From IMG/VR virus record IMGVR_UViG_3300006145_000003: DNA of 61,375 nt; one strand, 5' to 3'. The DNA comes from a virus. Taxonomy: Duplodnaviria > Heunggongvirae > Uroviricota > Caudoviricetes. Positions 35,001 through 43,880 of this stretch are shown one piece after another (the first letter of the stretch is position 1; each line of letters starts with the position of its first letter). A model generated the notes under the pieces. That model made no database searches. It saw only the letters and a program-made list of their open reading frames with translations, and was not told where the DNA came from. Position numbers and translations under genes: made by a program.

Positions 35001-37564
35001 CTTAAAGCATTTACCACAAGAGATATTGCAGCGCCTATTGCCATAGATAGAAGCATATTTGCCGCCGTAGCTACTAATCGCAATCCAACTGCTGCGGCTT
35101 TTGAGGCAATATTCATTGCAACAGTCTTAGCGGTGGTCTGGGTCAACGCTGCGCCATACTGTTCCGATGATACCTTAGCCGTATCAGTAACCTTGATTGA
35201 GTTCTTTAGTGCGGAGCTTCCTTTTGCGATTGTATCATTCCATATCGCCGTTTTGCCCTTAGTATCATTAAATCCTTCGGCTAAAGCGTCAACCTTTGAG
35301 TTATATTCATCAAGCAATCTTTTGTCATTCTTAATGATATTACCGGTTTGTCCAAAAATTGTTGTTAATCCCGTTATAGTCTTCCCAGCGGCATCAGATG
35401 TCTTTGTAACTTTCACCCAGCCGATATTTTGAGTGGACAAAGCAGCGGCAACTAAGCCGCTTGCAGTGGCTACGCCACCGAATTTTTCAATGATACCCAA
35501 GAGCACGTTAATAGCACCAGTTCCCAAATCAACGATATTTTTTACAGAATCACTATTTATTGTAATGGTGGAAAGATTTTCGAAAGCTGCCTGGAACTGA
35601 GAAATTTTTCCTTCAATAGATTCTAGATATTTCTCGTTCTCCGCCAGAGCTGAACCTGCAGCATTGGCAGATGAAGCTAACACATCCTCTACAGTATCAA
35701 AATTGTCAAGCAGTGAAACAACAACATTACTGTTCCTTTTCCCGCCAATTTTCTCAAGAATATTTGCCTGCGTAATATCAGTTAGCTCATTCCAAACCCC
35801 TGATAGTTCACGAAGAATCTGTGTGGTGCTTTTGAAAGTATTCTCGTCAAGCTGTATATCTACCTTACCGTTGGTAAGAGCTAGTATTTCATCACGTAAT
35901 TTTGAGACACTAACTGCCATGCCGTCTGTACTTTCGCCAGCTTCTTCTGCCTCGGTCTTTGCAGCACGTAAATACATCGAAACAGTCTTAAGTGCGTTGC
36001 CAACTTTGTCTGGGTCTTGCACTACATTGTTTGCAGCAGTTATTAGCGCTATGCTTTCGTCAAGGCCATTACCAGCAGCGGATAGGGCCGCAGCAGAACG
36101 AACTAAAGCATCGCCAACACCCTTTGACGAAATGGCAAAATTATTGCCAGTTTCGTTGAATTTATCAACAATAAGCATTGCATCTGATGCTTCAATGCCG
36201 AACGCTTTCATTGTTGAGATAATACTTTCAGAAGCTACAGATATATTTTCGATACCGTCTCCAACGTTCTTATACATGATAGCAGCATCTGCTAGCATCG
36301 AAGCATCTTCAATGCCATACCCTAGACGCGCAAAATCTGCGCTAGCAGTTACAACATCCGAAATGCTAGAACCGAGTTGTGTCGCACGAGTTGCTGCGTT
36401 AGTAAGGAATTGGGTGTATACAGCATCGGTTTCAGAAGTTACCTTTTTCAACTCTGTCATAGCGGTGTCAATTTCTCTGACACTGGTCACCATTTGCTTA
36501 ACAGATTGAATTGCGGCCATCATACTCCTGGTTATCAACATCCAGCCACCGAATTTTTCATATGCACCGGAAATGATATCTGCTAATGTTTTTCCCTCTT
36601 TTCCAGTGCTTTTTAGGTTTAGCTGTAACTCTTTGGCATCTGCACTCATTTTTCGGAATGTACCCTTATCCATCGTGGATACATTATCGCCTAAGCTTCC
36701 GACAGCATCTATTGCGCCCTTCATCTGGTCACGAATATATGCCAACTGCTTTCCTTGGCTAGTCTCAGCGGCACGCGGATTCATTGTAAGATATTTATTT
36801 AGGCGTTCGTATGCGCTGATTACCTCTTGAACCGTGGCCATCTGTTCCTTGTTAGTTTCCTTTTCACTCTTGGCAGCGGCCTCAGAAGCAGTCTTTCGTT
36901 CTTTAGTTACTGAAATCAGATTGCGCATTTCAGTTTGCAAACGATAAATATTATCTATATCTTCCTGTGATGCTGAGCCACGCTTAGCCCTTAATGCATC
37001 AGTTGCCTGCTCTAGTTCAAGGTATTTGCTGCGTAGCTCCTCTGCCTGACTTACATCCTCTGGATTAACTAACTTAGCGCTAGCAGAAGCATAAGCAGAG
37101 CCAATCTTGTTATTTGTAAGATTGATTTCCTTGATTATAGCGTTTAGTTCAGAGAACTCTTTTTTTGCTCCTTTAGCAGCATTTTCAACGCCCTTTGCGC
37201 TAGAAGCTATATTGCCTATATCTTTAGAGTCCAGTGTAATTGACATTCCGCTTTCGAGACTTACACTATTGACGACGGCGCTCAACTGTCTTTTGAAGTC
37301 AGCGATAGCAGCACTACAATCAATCTTTGATACCTTAACAGTGAAATTCCCATTATCATTTAGCGATTTTAGCTTGCTCCTAAGTTGCTCGCTCCAAAGT
37401 TTTTGAGTTTCTTTGGTTTCAAGTCCAATCCTAACCTTTAATGGATTTTGATTTAGACCCGAGACTATTTGCGATAACTCACTTTTGATTTGACTACCGC
37501 TCTCTCCGCTTAGAGAACCACCGCCCAACACACCAAATAGTAATTGAATATCTGGACTTGCCAT
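29084..37564 (-). CDS. Tape measure protein (about 2826 aa)
   Basis: TP901-like core (EIDTAMTELKKVT...GNNFAISS...VGNALKT), long helical repeats, C-terminal YHSGGIVG...KGEIVL; start ATG at 37564. Confidence 0.92.
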   Translation of the reverse strand: MASPDIQLLFGVLGGGSLSGESGSQIKSELSQIVSGLNQNPLKVRIGLETKETQKLWSEQLRSKLKSLNDNGNFTVKVSKIDCSAAIADFKRQLSAVVNSVSLESGMSITLDSKDIGNIASSAKGVENAAKGAKKEFSELNAIIKEINLTNNKIGSAYASASAKLVNPEDVSQAEELRSKYLELEQATDALRAKRGSASQEDIDNIYRLQTEMRNLISVTKERKTASEAAAKSEKETNKEQMATVQEVISAYERLNKYLTMNPRAAETSQGKQLAYIRDQMKGAIDAVGSLGDNVSTMDKGTFRKMSADAKELQLNLKSTGKEGKTLADIISGAYEKFGGWMLITRSMMAAIQSVKQMVTSVREIDTAMTELKKVTSETDAVYTQFLTNAATRATQLGSSISDVVTASADFARLGYGIEDASMLADAAIMYKNVGDGIENISVASESIISTMKAFGIEASDAMLIVDKFNETGNNFAISSKGVGDALVRSAAALSAAGNGLDESIALITAANNVVQDPDKVGNALKTVSMYLRAAKTEAEEAGESTDGMAVSVSKLRDEILALTNGKVDIQLDENTFKSTTQILRELSGVWNELTDITQANILEKIGGKRNSNVVVSLLDNFDTVEDVLASSANAAGSALAENEKYLESIEGKISQFQAAFENLSTITINSDSVKNIVDLGTGAINVLLGIIEKFGGVATASGLVAAALSTQNIGWVKVTKTSDAAGKTITGLTTIFGQTGNIIKNDKRLLDEYNSKVDALAEGFNDTKGKTAIWNDTIAKGSSALKNSIKVTDTAKVSSEQYGAALTQTTAKTVAMNIASKAAAVGLRLVATAANMLLSMAIGAAISLVVNALSDLINKSKEAREAARESAEEYKSNIATLDEYRQKIAELKQSLKNGNLSEEEAYNVRKELLSIQDEIVAAYGEEAGAIDLVRMSAEDASNAIDGISKSFANSNLTQNASAIKEAVSKMEEVKSYRLNLGLSNDDRFSGEIERIISKYQNASILKYGPKGYQGEAPWIDIVVEADARQAEETIVGLAADFRELGKEWNDTLGTDISFSAEFENQLSEIESVIDEYGEIYDQQIIWKIAVEPDYSSIMNSIKDAKSQLTDAIASGDDEAAKAAYGLISTIRDNIASQDFSNDPGIESYLTNLLNEIEDISPGLKIKVDLETDLKSDSTLRDRINNLLKPLLEDDGTLDVHKVLNVGIDYEHGADLPFGPQPSPLQRVYTEDQQAYRGLIDMASQYGVSVEQLVGALEELGIVQTTTLEEGTSEAVEFSSVFSEELSKSVDGVQTNIKTLGDALAKLGEGTLEATDVIDLIQQFPELAEYVDLTAEGFGNLDDGLRKVIADSPTELIETLQGLKETNNLTEEAANQIDVLCDAIESMPDAAIKDISGEFGLVAEAINNANKALSDLDKALAADDYDAGYDARVKHLESFKETIDSGEFGSKAFSAYKDYYGLVGLSSDEVREWVAQNEKYLTEGQEGIARFLDTVSELGSAGGALDGIASYEDGVFSYDITKLGEFADALGWSEEMLQDFINKYRMYSEDFLTRDVQDNLAEFTQTGLIFEVDESSFASMSKLQEYTHLSKEEVTELIDEINKLKSENGEAGIKLIDDSALKEWEGWQQGELFSGEQLTSLKEATTMLGLTMDEIRELQNSSGAFDDVMAPLLEGIGWTSEEIDNLRTKMYGAPWTIKAIVEGVESDSLTQIVDNLESLDIPIELNADGALVITQDLLDRLSSAGATAQEVESIVTGLANRDDVVIKAGLKIDGESVDEAIKKKTSDSNNVEVSVKMNVDDEDIIATVTTTVEEVEKILGDGWETQLDCDSKQAENNISTVGKLLKGLPKNTTVSVHGRTSAVTNELQSVLSYLQRIENNKNKTVTITYRTVGVPSSSRVAHNATGTPHAKAGLSLLGDEYSPSGKPKPELVVAGEYAYLAGKDGPTLGYLNEGDIVYSYKDTKRILGNAIPAFAGGTNSLGSGYKPYSPGSGTTNSGSSSTPSSNSGKSSLKVKATLDDSDLEEKLKDTLDKLKKEIDDIIGNFEHSIFLMEKKGAKSSDIIAVYRKMQEAVHAQAEKYRALGLKDNSDYIQALQKQWWEYQDSIQEVIIADYEKSVSERENAITLTENWLENAIGEHNPGKVEKYANDIVAYYKTMQDIIHQQAEYYRSKGYDDTSDEVSRLSDLWWEYANNIKEVKQRVVDNLLDMVTEASAAVDEIQNVFDTLQAAADEYEKNGGFISVDSFQKLVELGPEYMQYLRDENGLLVINAENINKVIAAKTQQLAVQSAMNYVERLRLAMENDSIEDLNQLLFATTDATNATWGLVYANLALLGLDKDQYEAALHNINAYRSMADNACESIGKVTGAAEDANKKMKSGVDDILKYVMDMLKHRIQEQINALEEMKDNYSDIIKLRKEALRAAKEEAEYQDGVADKVKQIAKLQERINALSLDDSREAQAEKIKLQEELVGVQKELGDTQGDHALETQEKVLDEMEDSYHAEKDKEIQILEESISSYQKLYDMAIQYIETHWDTLYQELIQWNTQYGSVLNSEVTSAWENALLAAQKYGSYVNALKNLTSDSLTSGGGGGSDGSGSGSGGGDDKPNTIVGEPNYDNTSTEEEQIHAIIARMYANGQAWGTASKQKKIELHQENVDLAKLLKPLGITAVTDGATWFIDKIGGPLLFDVYKKYRYLQGNKYHSGGIVGDTPSLKQNEVLALLEKGEIVLNKQKEQGLYRLIDFTSAVSEKLKNAMSNSINSNMLGLVQNNISELRSKLPNTTIRNQSEAVRFGDVYIYGANEQTVEKHREINRQFANKVLNQLRISKR

Positions 37565-37599
37565 CGTTTTATCACCGCCCTTTGCCCATAAAATGAAGA

Positions 37600-37626
37600 A
37601 AATGCTTGGCTTTGCGCCAAGCATTT
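37600..37626 (-). terminator. Terminator-like hairpin upstream of the TMP gene
   Basis: 11-bp perfect stem aaatgcttggc/gccaagcattt, T-rich tail on -. Confidence 0.65.
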
Positions 37627-37636
37627 ATGTTAAATA

Positions 37637-38242
37637 TCAGTTGTAATCTTCTCCAGCAGTAGCCGTTACGTTGTAGTCGGCACCATAGTTACCGTTAAAG
37701 TCTATAATTGCCTGCTGAATGAAATGAAGCCCATCTCTATCCTTCCTGCTACGTATGAATGTTGACGAATCTGTTCCGTCGCCACCAAACACTGATTCAC
37801 CGATATGAGAGTGTGAATCCCAATTGCCATAAACGTAATCTCTAGCGTGGTATCCGTTATTGAGAACAGCAACAATATTTTGCACTCCGTCATATCCATC
37901 TGAATAAAGAGAATCCCTGTGCAAATCTCCCCCGAAGTAAAGGTATATTTCACATGCGCCATTTGGCAATCTCACTATATCTGATGATTCAATGCTATTG
38001 ATATGTGACATTACAGATTCTGGCAGGCCAGCGCTTTGCGCTGCAGCAATCAACATCTCTTTTAGTTTGGCAACCGCTTCGTACATAGAAGATTCTGTAG
38101 TCAGCTTGGTACCACCAGCAGTTACATCCCTTCCTGACAAAGCATATTTTTTAATGCATTCGTCCATCTGCTTTTTGCCTCTGGAAGAAACACTAAATGC
38201 TTTTACCTTGTTCATGATAGAGCCTATATTTATTGCTGGCAT
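37637..38242 (-). CDS. Hypothetical tail-module protein
   Basis: 201 aa, translationally coupled to the upstream gene. Confidence 0.65.
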   Translation of the reverse strand: MPAINIGSIMNKVKAFSVSSRGKKQMDECIKKYALSGRDVTAGGTKLTTESSMYEAVAKLKEMLIAAAQSAGLPESVMSHINSIESSDIVRLPNGACEIYLYFGGDLHRDSLYSDGYDGVQNIVAVLNNGYHARDYVYGNWDSHSHIGESVFGGDGTDSSTFIRSRKDRDGLHFIQQAIIDFNGNYGADYNVTATAGEDYN

Positions 38243-38847
38243 TATTCATCCCCATTTGTGCTTTCTTGATGGGTTTGACTAAGATAAGCTTCTACAATCT
38301 TATTTGCGCTTAATTCATCTGTGTTGCCAAGAGTTTGTACCAATCTCTCTACGTCATCCGACTCAACTCCGTCAAAAATGGTGTCGGCCTTTTCTTGGAT
38401 TGCGCCAATGCTGTTTAATATTTTCTCAAAGCTAGTCCTAATAAAATTTGAATTTGAGTCACATTGGTACTCAATCTTCCTCTTAATAGCAGAATAGATG
38501 TCTTTGAATTGCTCTTGGTTTATATTTGAACATACCGTATCCACTGCGTCAGTGTTATATATCATCTCATAACGACTCTCTAAGCTTTTGGGCAAAGTGA
38601 AGTTTGCATATTTTTCAAGAATATTACTACCCATTGCAAAGTCCAAAATCTCTGGCATATAGTCGCCCTGGTCATTGAAGCAACTTGTAACTACATCATT
38701 CACGAATTGCAGCATCTCAGTGAGTGAGAGCGTAGGCTTAATTACTAACTCATTACCAAACCACTGTTTTGTGACAATTGGGAGTACGTTTTGTTTTGCT
38801 ACCTGCTCAAATGCATTAACTGAAATCCTCTTTTGTCCTTTAGCCAT
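38242..38847 (-). CDS. Possible tail assembly chaperone
   Basis: 201 aa, helical, upstream of TMP; function inferred from position only. Confidence 0.55.
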   Translation of the reverse strand: MAKGQKRISVNAFEQVAKQNVLPIVTKQWFGNELVIKPTLSLTEMLQFVNDVVTSCFNDQGDYMPEILDFAMGSNILEKYANFTLPKSLESRYEMIYNTDAVDTVCSNINQEQFKDIYSAIKRKIEYQCDSNSNFIRTSFEKILNSIGAIQEKADTIFDGVESDDVERLVQTLGNTDELSANKIVEAYLSQTHQESTNGDE

Positions 38848-39295
38848 TGGTTTTTACCTCCTTTTTCTTCTTTACCATTTTTTCGTGGGCACGAAGTCGT
38901 TTCGCTTCTTCATATGTAATCCACCCTCCGAACTTTTTTACGAATACAATCCATCGGTATGATATATCGGGATAACAATACCAGAACATCTTCCGCTTTA
39001 GATGAGCAACGGAGTCCGGCATACCTTTTATATCAATGACCTCAACTGTTCCATTGGCGTATTCTATATAAAAATCAGCAACATATGTGATAGGTAGCAC
39101 TGTTTTATTATCATGAATGAACTTAGGTTGCAATTCATATTTTTTTTGAAGCTCAAAATTTTTTACTTGACCGCTTTCCACTAGGGGACAAAGCACATCA
39201 CGATAATATTTCATTTCAAGTTGGCTATCAAACACAATATCGTTGCATGTTCGTTTCTCTTTATCTTTGTCAACATTAAATTTACTTCTTTTCAT
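38840..39295 (-). CDS. DUF1064-like PD-(D/E)xK endonuclease
   Basis: FDSQLEMKYY...LQKKYEL...YVADF...EVIDIKG; start ATG at 39295. Confidence 0.8.
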   Translation of the reverse strand: MKRSKFNVDKDKEKRTCNDIVFDSQLEMKYYRDVLCPLVESGQVKNFELQKKYELQPKFIHDNKTVLPITYVADFYIEYANGTVEVIDIKGMPDSVAHLKRKMFWYCYPDISYRWIVFVKKFGGWITYEEAKRLRAHEKMVKKKKEVKTNG

Positions 39296-39361
39296 TTCTA
39301 CTCCTAACAGAGAAAAGGGAAGGCAGTCTATACCGCCTTCCCATTGCTCTACACCTATCAT

Positions 39362-39655
39362 TTACACCTCATTATGATGAGTTTCATTTTCCATGTCGCT
39401 TGAATCCGATTGGATTTCAGCATAGCTGTTGTCGGATGGAACCTGAATATTATGTTCAACGGCCTTTTTCACTTTGCTCTTTTTGATGGGCTCTGCACTC
39501 TTACGGGAATCTTTCACCCGTTGCAAATACTTAGCCCCACATTCCGGAGAGCAAGCCACCTCCTGCCAATGAAACACGTTCGGGTTCTTAATAGCTGTGC
39601 GGCATGGCTCATATTCCTTGCCACAAACGCGACAAGTAAGCTTAGCCTTACCCAT
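39362..39655 (-). CDS. Zn-finger protein
   Basis: CRVCGKEYEPC...CSPECG. Confidence 0.65.
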   Translation of the reverse strand: MGKAKLTCRVCGKEYEPCRTAIKNPNVFHWQEVACSPECGAKYLQRVKDSRKSAEPIKKSKVKKAVEHNIQVPSDNSYAEIQSDSSDMENETHHNEV

Positions 39656-39669
39656 AATTAGCCTCCTGA

Positions 39670-40482
39670 TTACGCCACGTCCTCAGCATTTGCACCGAAC
39701 ACAGTATAAGTCCACAGCTGACCGCTCTGGCTGTGATAACCGCAACCAGCACCCGCCAGAGACTCAGCCTCAAACGCATGGACGGTCTGATTTTCACCCA
39801 TCTCGAAGCTGAAGTCGCCGTTAAAGTCTGCCTTTGGAATGTAGAACTGCATACGATAAATGTTCGCGCACTTATCTTCACAAGTAGCGTTAATATACAG
39901 GGCGCACTTACCAGAATAGGTGTCGCTCATATTGTTCAGGACGCTAGCCTGAATCTTGCGCTTATAGAACACGATAATCTCGGTGCCGTCAGCAATTGCA
40001 TCTTCGGCAAAGGTAAGCGTCTTAGTGGCGGGGTCATATGCAAACTTGCCATTTCCAGCGGTGGCGTCCTGCGTCAGAGTCTCGCCGAGAGTACCGTCGG
40101 TGTTCTTGATATGTACAGCCTCAACCTCGTTACCGGTAGTACCTACAGCGGTATATTCAGTCGTGGCAGTGTTTGCGTTTACAATCAGATAATCCGTCCA
40201 CATAACTTCGGTAGCTTTATTCTCAAACTTACCGCCAGTCTGCAGCTCAAGCAGCCCACCAGACACGATACCATTGTTGCCACTGATTGTGACAGACTTA
40301 TTCTTCTTCAGAGAAGAAAGCTTGCGTCCCTGCTTGCCCGTAATGTCGGTCTTTTCCTGAGTCTGTGCAATGGTAGTGTTCTGCAGCTCGTCCAGTGTAA
40401 ACAGGTATGCGCCAGTAACGATGTCAAATGCGTCAATCGTTTCTAGGCTAGTAATTGTGAGGTCATTAACGTTCATTTTCAT
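39670..40482 (-). CDS. Major tail protein
   Basis: 270 aa, beta-rich, canonical position after the neck genes. Confidence 0.7.
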   Translation of the reverse strand: MKMNVNDLTITSLETIDAFDIVTGAYLFTLDELQNTTIAQTQEKTDITGKQGRKLSSLKKNKSVTISGNNGIVSGGLLELQTGGKFENKATEVMWTDYLIVNANTATTEYTAVGTTGNEVEAVHIKNTDGTLGETLTQDATAGNGKFAYDPATKTLTFAEDAIADGTEIIVFYKRKIQASVLNNMSDTYSGKCALYINATCEDKCANIYRMQFYIPKADFNGDFSFEMGENQTVHAFEAESLAGAGCGYHSQSGQLWTYTVFGANAEDVA

Positions 40483-40489
40483 TCCTCCT

Positions 40490-41206
40490 CTATTTGTGAG
40501 TTAGCCAGTTTAAGTCATTCTGGCTTAGGTCTTTGGCACTCAAGGTGCCAGCATATATTCCATGCATACGGTTGTCATAGTCTATTTTCTTGATAATCTG
40601 GTACACGCATTCGTTAAACTGATAGATAGAGAGTTCTCGTGTCCCCTCAAATCCATATGGGTATTGTTCGGTATTAACAAGCGCCACTATCAACTCTTCT
40701 AATTGTGAGTCCATAATTCGTTTGTTTTGCCGACGCATTTTTGTGCGAGCACGCTCAATCAAATAATCTTTTGCTTCTCCGTTTGCAGGCTTTCTTTTAT
40801 CTTGTTTTAGGTGGTGTATTTTCCTCAATGCTGATGCAATCATACGATGCAGTTCACGGTCTATTCTTACGCCGGTTTGTGGATTAACGAGGATTATATT
40901 ACTATTTTGGTTGTTAATGGCTGTCTGAAATTGAGAAAGGTCTAGGTCTCCAAATATCAATGAGGTGTTCTGTTCTTTAAGGATGTTGAAGTAAATAAGG
41001 AACAAATCATATTCATTGATTGTTGTGAAATCGATACCGATATCATCCAATTGAACCATCATATCTATTGGCATAGAGGTTATCATTGAAACGAGACTGT
41101 AGTATTCATCTTCACATTCGAGAATTTCTCCTACTGTTGGAATTTGAACGCTAATAAACTCGTTTATTGGATATTCCCTTTTATATAAAAGGTTTCTTGT
41201 AGCCAT
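40490..41206 (-). CDS. Conserved tail-module protein
   Basis: 238 aa, coupled ORF in the neck/tail block. Confidence 0.6.
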   Translation of the reverse strand: MATRNLLYKREYPINEFISVQIPTVGEILECEDEYYSLVSMITSMPIDMMVQLDDIGIDFTTINEYDLFLIYFNILKEQNTSLIFGDLDLSQFQTAINNQNSNIILVNPQTGVRIDRELHRMIASALRKIHHLKQDKRKPANGEAKDYLIERARTKMRRQNKRIMDSQLEELIVALVNTEQYPYGFEGTRELSIYQFNECVYQIIKKIDYDNRMHGIYAGTLSAKDLSQNDLNWLTHK

Positions 41207-41706
41207 TATCCAGTTTTCCTATTTGATGGAATCGGATGATGTGATGGATGGGGCCTGTTAAAGTCATTTGCTTGGAACAGCATTACCTTTCCTTGATAAT
41301 CAGTTATGGGAGCGAACCTTTTAACAGAGTAAAGTCCAAGTTCACCCAGCCCATATGAGCGACTGCCATTGATTCTTTTAGATATCTCAGAACACAATTT
41401 ATCTGTCCTGACACCACCTTCAGGAAGACGAAGTTTGCTTTTATGGGTAAACACCCATAAATAAAGGATGGGCGACCAATAAGTCTTATTGACCGAACGC
41501 TGGATATCAACATCACAACAAATGAATGTCTGCCCATGGGTAACTGCGTTGGGAATGTATTCATATGGAAATATTTGGCTATAGATTAGTGACTCTGGAT
41601 TCTTACACACTCTGCACTCGTCGTTAAGAAGTCTAACAATTTCCATTGACGATGTGAGGTCGGCCATCAATTGATTCTTGTAGTCAAAAAATTCATCAAG
41701 CTGCAT
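41206..41706 (-). CDS. Probable tail terminator/completion protein
   Basis: QIFPYEYIP...FICCDVD...LYLWVFTHK; position. Confidence 0.6.
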   Translation of the reverse strand: MQLDEFFDYKNQLMADLTSSMEIVRLLNDECRVCKNPESLIYSQIFPYEYIPNAVTHGQTFICCDVDIQRSVNKTYWSPILYLWVFTHKSKLRLPEGGVRTDKLCSEISKRINGSRSYGLGELGLYSVKRFAPITDYQGKVMLFQANDFNRPHPSHHPIPSNRKTG

Positions 41707-42477
41707 TTATAGCAACACCTTCTTTCCATGGTTGTCAACTTTGGCGTCAACACGGTCCAATGGACACAGGTCGTCTCCACAAACTGATTCTTTCGGAAAG
41801 AATTTGTAATAGTTGGCAATGTGTAAATCAAAGTTATCTGTATCCTCTGTATTACACTCTTGCATTACTAAATTAAGAACTCCGCTGCCATTAAAGCTTC
41901 CACCCAACTTAAACGGTTTTGTCAATCTATAAGCAAGAACATTCTTGGAATCATAGTCATCTATAAGGAACCTATCTTCTCGATTGAATTGTAAGGTATA
42001 TCTGTCCCTTGCGATGATGACTGAGATTCTGGAATCGCCCCTTGTTATAATAAAATTATTGTCTCCCCATTCGCCTGTGAGATATTTCGTTCCATCAGTT
42101 ACGATACACCAACGTTCTACAATTTCGCCAGCCTCAGTAATCCATTTCAGGAGATAATTGCACTGCTTCATGATTCCTTTGGTATATAACTCATTATTAG
42201 CATCTTTTTCGGTTATAAGCCAATGGTTGTCCATCCATTCTACATACCCACCATGCGTTAAATCTTCTCCTGGCATTGTACAGATAGTTTTTTGGTCAAA
42301 ATTATCCGAATTTATAACAGCCATTTGTCGTTCTACGCCATCAAGAAGCAGGGTATGATAAGATAAAGAAGAGGGCATCTTTGAATTGAGGAAACGACTT
42401 TGGCGAATTATCTGTGCTCGGCGTCTATTGTCACCGTGAAGCCCGATTCTAGATTGATATGTATCCCATGCACCCAC
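41707..42477 (-). CDS. Probable head closure/neck protein
   Basis: GGYVEWMDNHWLIT...CNYLLKW pattern; start GTG at 42477. Confidence 0.6.
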   Translation of the reverse strand: MGAWDTYQSRIGLHGDNRRRAQIIRQSRFLNSKMPSSLSYHTLLLDGVERQMAVINSDNFDQKTICTMPGEDLTHGGYVEWMDNHWLITEKDANNELYTKGIMKQCNYLLKWITEAGEIVERWCIVTDGTKYLTGEWGDNNFIITRGDSRISVIIARDRYTLQFNREDRFLIDDYDSKNVLAYRLTKPFKLGGSFNGSGVLNLVMQECNTEDTDNFDLHIANYYKFFPKESVCGDDLCPLDRVDAKVDNHGKKVLL

Positions 42478-42478
42478 A

Positions 42479-42823
42479 TCAATCGCCCCTCTCCACATTT
42501 GAATATCTTGTCTGCAATTTACTACATATAGAAATTGCTTTAAATACTTCCGACTTGACGGTCGTAATATCAGTGGCTGGATTATCTAGTAAATACTGTA
42601 AGACTGCAACGAGCGACAACATCTGAGAGTCATTTTTTACGGACAAAATTAGTTCCTTGTAACCGAGAAGTTCGATTTGAAGGCTTCTAATATACTTTGG
42701 CAAGGTTGGCTCACTGCTTTCCCACAGTGGAAGAATCTTGAAGAATTGATTGATGAGATTTTTGAAATAATTTGATATGAATGTAGCGCTTAGTGTTACA
42801 CCAGTAGATGTTTCAATAATCAT
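42479..42823 (-). CDS. Hypothetical neck-region protein
   Basis: 114 aa, coupled ORF. Confidence 0.6.
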   Translation of the reverse strand: MIIETSTGVTLSATFISNYFKNLINQFFKILPLWESSEPTLPKYIRSLQIELLGYKELILSVKNDSQMLSLVAVLQYLLDNPATDITTVKSEVFKAISICSKLQTRYSNVERGD

Positions 42824-43269
42824 AGGTGTAACTCCGTCAGGTCGCCATGATTATACGAATACTCTCGAATCGCTTGAATAAAGTCTTTACGAGCAGCCGC
42901 ATATGCATTGCTAATTCGCAGCAACATTTCGGCAGGTGAATATGTAGAAAAGTCCCTTGTATTGAGTACACTTTCTAGATTCTCCTGTTTATATGTGTAA
43001 GGCTTCATCCATTGCACGAGCATCCCCTCTGAGACAATCTCTACAATTTCATCCAAATCATTATCTTCAATCTCAACATCAAATTCTCTTGTGTAGTCAT
43101 CAGCCGTTGTAGTCAAGTCATATTTGCAATTCTTTTTAAAAACTGAAATCGCTCTCTTCATATATCCATCGATTGTTTCGTTGCGCTCAAAGTCTTTCAT
43201 ATTAACAAATTCAAACTCAGTAATCTTTGCAAGAAATGCTTTAGTAAAGATGTCATATGGAACACTCAT
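42820..43269 (-). CDS. Head-tail adaptor
   Basis: Helical, DFSTYSPAEML; position after the capsid genes. Confidence 0.65.
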   Translation of the reverse strand: MSVPYDIFTKAFLAKITEFEFVNMKDFERNETIDGYMKRAISVFKKNCKYDLTTTADDYTREFDVEIEDNDLDEIVEIVSEGMLVQWMKPYTYKQENLESVLNTRDFSTYSPAEMLLRISNAYAAARKDFIQAIREYSYNHGDLTELHL

Positions 43270-43280
43270 GTTACACCGCC

Positions 43281-43817
43281 TTACCGTTCAATCAGCTCTG
43301 TGTTTAGACACTTTTCCAGGGTGGATATAAGCTTGTTTGAATCAATTTTCCCTTCGGAAATCAACTGCTTTGCACGGTAAGAAACCGACTTCTTTTGGCC
43401 TTCTGACAACTTTCCGATAATGTCTTCTACTTCATCTGCAGGCTTTTCAAATATCTTGTCAAATCCTTCAATTGAAATTGCATACTTGTAGTACTGTCTC
43501 ATTCCTAGATAATCAATTATCCAAGACTCATCGAACATAAACCAGTTATTGATGAAATATTTCTTGCTGGAATTACGAGCATTTTTCAACTCTCCCAACT
43601 CCATATCCTGTTCATCGCCAAAACTATCCCAAACAAACCGCTCGCCAGTTCTTTGGCTTTTATAAATTAGTCTTCCTTGAAATCCGTTTTTCACGGTAAC
43701 AATTTGGTCAGGGTTAATTTTTTTAGCTCTTGCTGGCTTCTTGGTTGTACGCTTAGAGTTAGTAGTTTCCTCCTTAGTAACCTCACCTGTCTCAATGTTA
43801 GTAAAATCGTTTTCCAT
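43281..43817 (-). CDS. Hypothetical protein downstream of the MCP
   Basis: 178 aa, RBS, syntenic with SPbeta-like head modules. Confidence 0.6.
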   Translation of the reverse strand: MENDFTNIETGEVTKEETTNSKRTTKKPARAKKINPDQIVTVKNGFQGRLIYKSQRTGERFVWDSFGDEQDMELGELKNARNSSKKYFINNWFMFDESWIIDYLGMRQYYKYAISIEGFDKIFEKPADEVEDIIGKLSEGQKKSVSYRAKQLISEGKIDSNKLISTLEKCLNTELIER

Positions 43818-43880
43818 ATATTTTCCCTTTCATACAAAAATATTTGGAGAGGCCCAATAGGGTCTCTCCTTTTATTTCTT

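Noticed and set aside
35664-36509. 281-aa + strand ORF in the TMP gene
   Set aside because: Ser/Ala-rich antisense shadow of a long helical gene
37637-38847. Programmed -1 frameshift between tail-chaperone genes
   Set aside because: Each ORF has its own start with stop/start coupling at 38242, and I found no clear slippery heptamer at the junction
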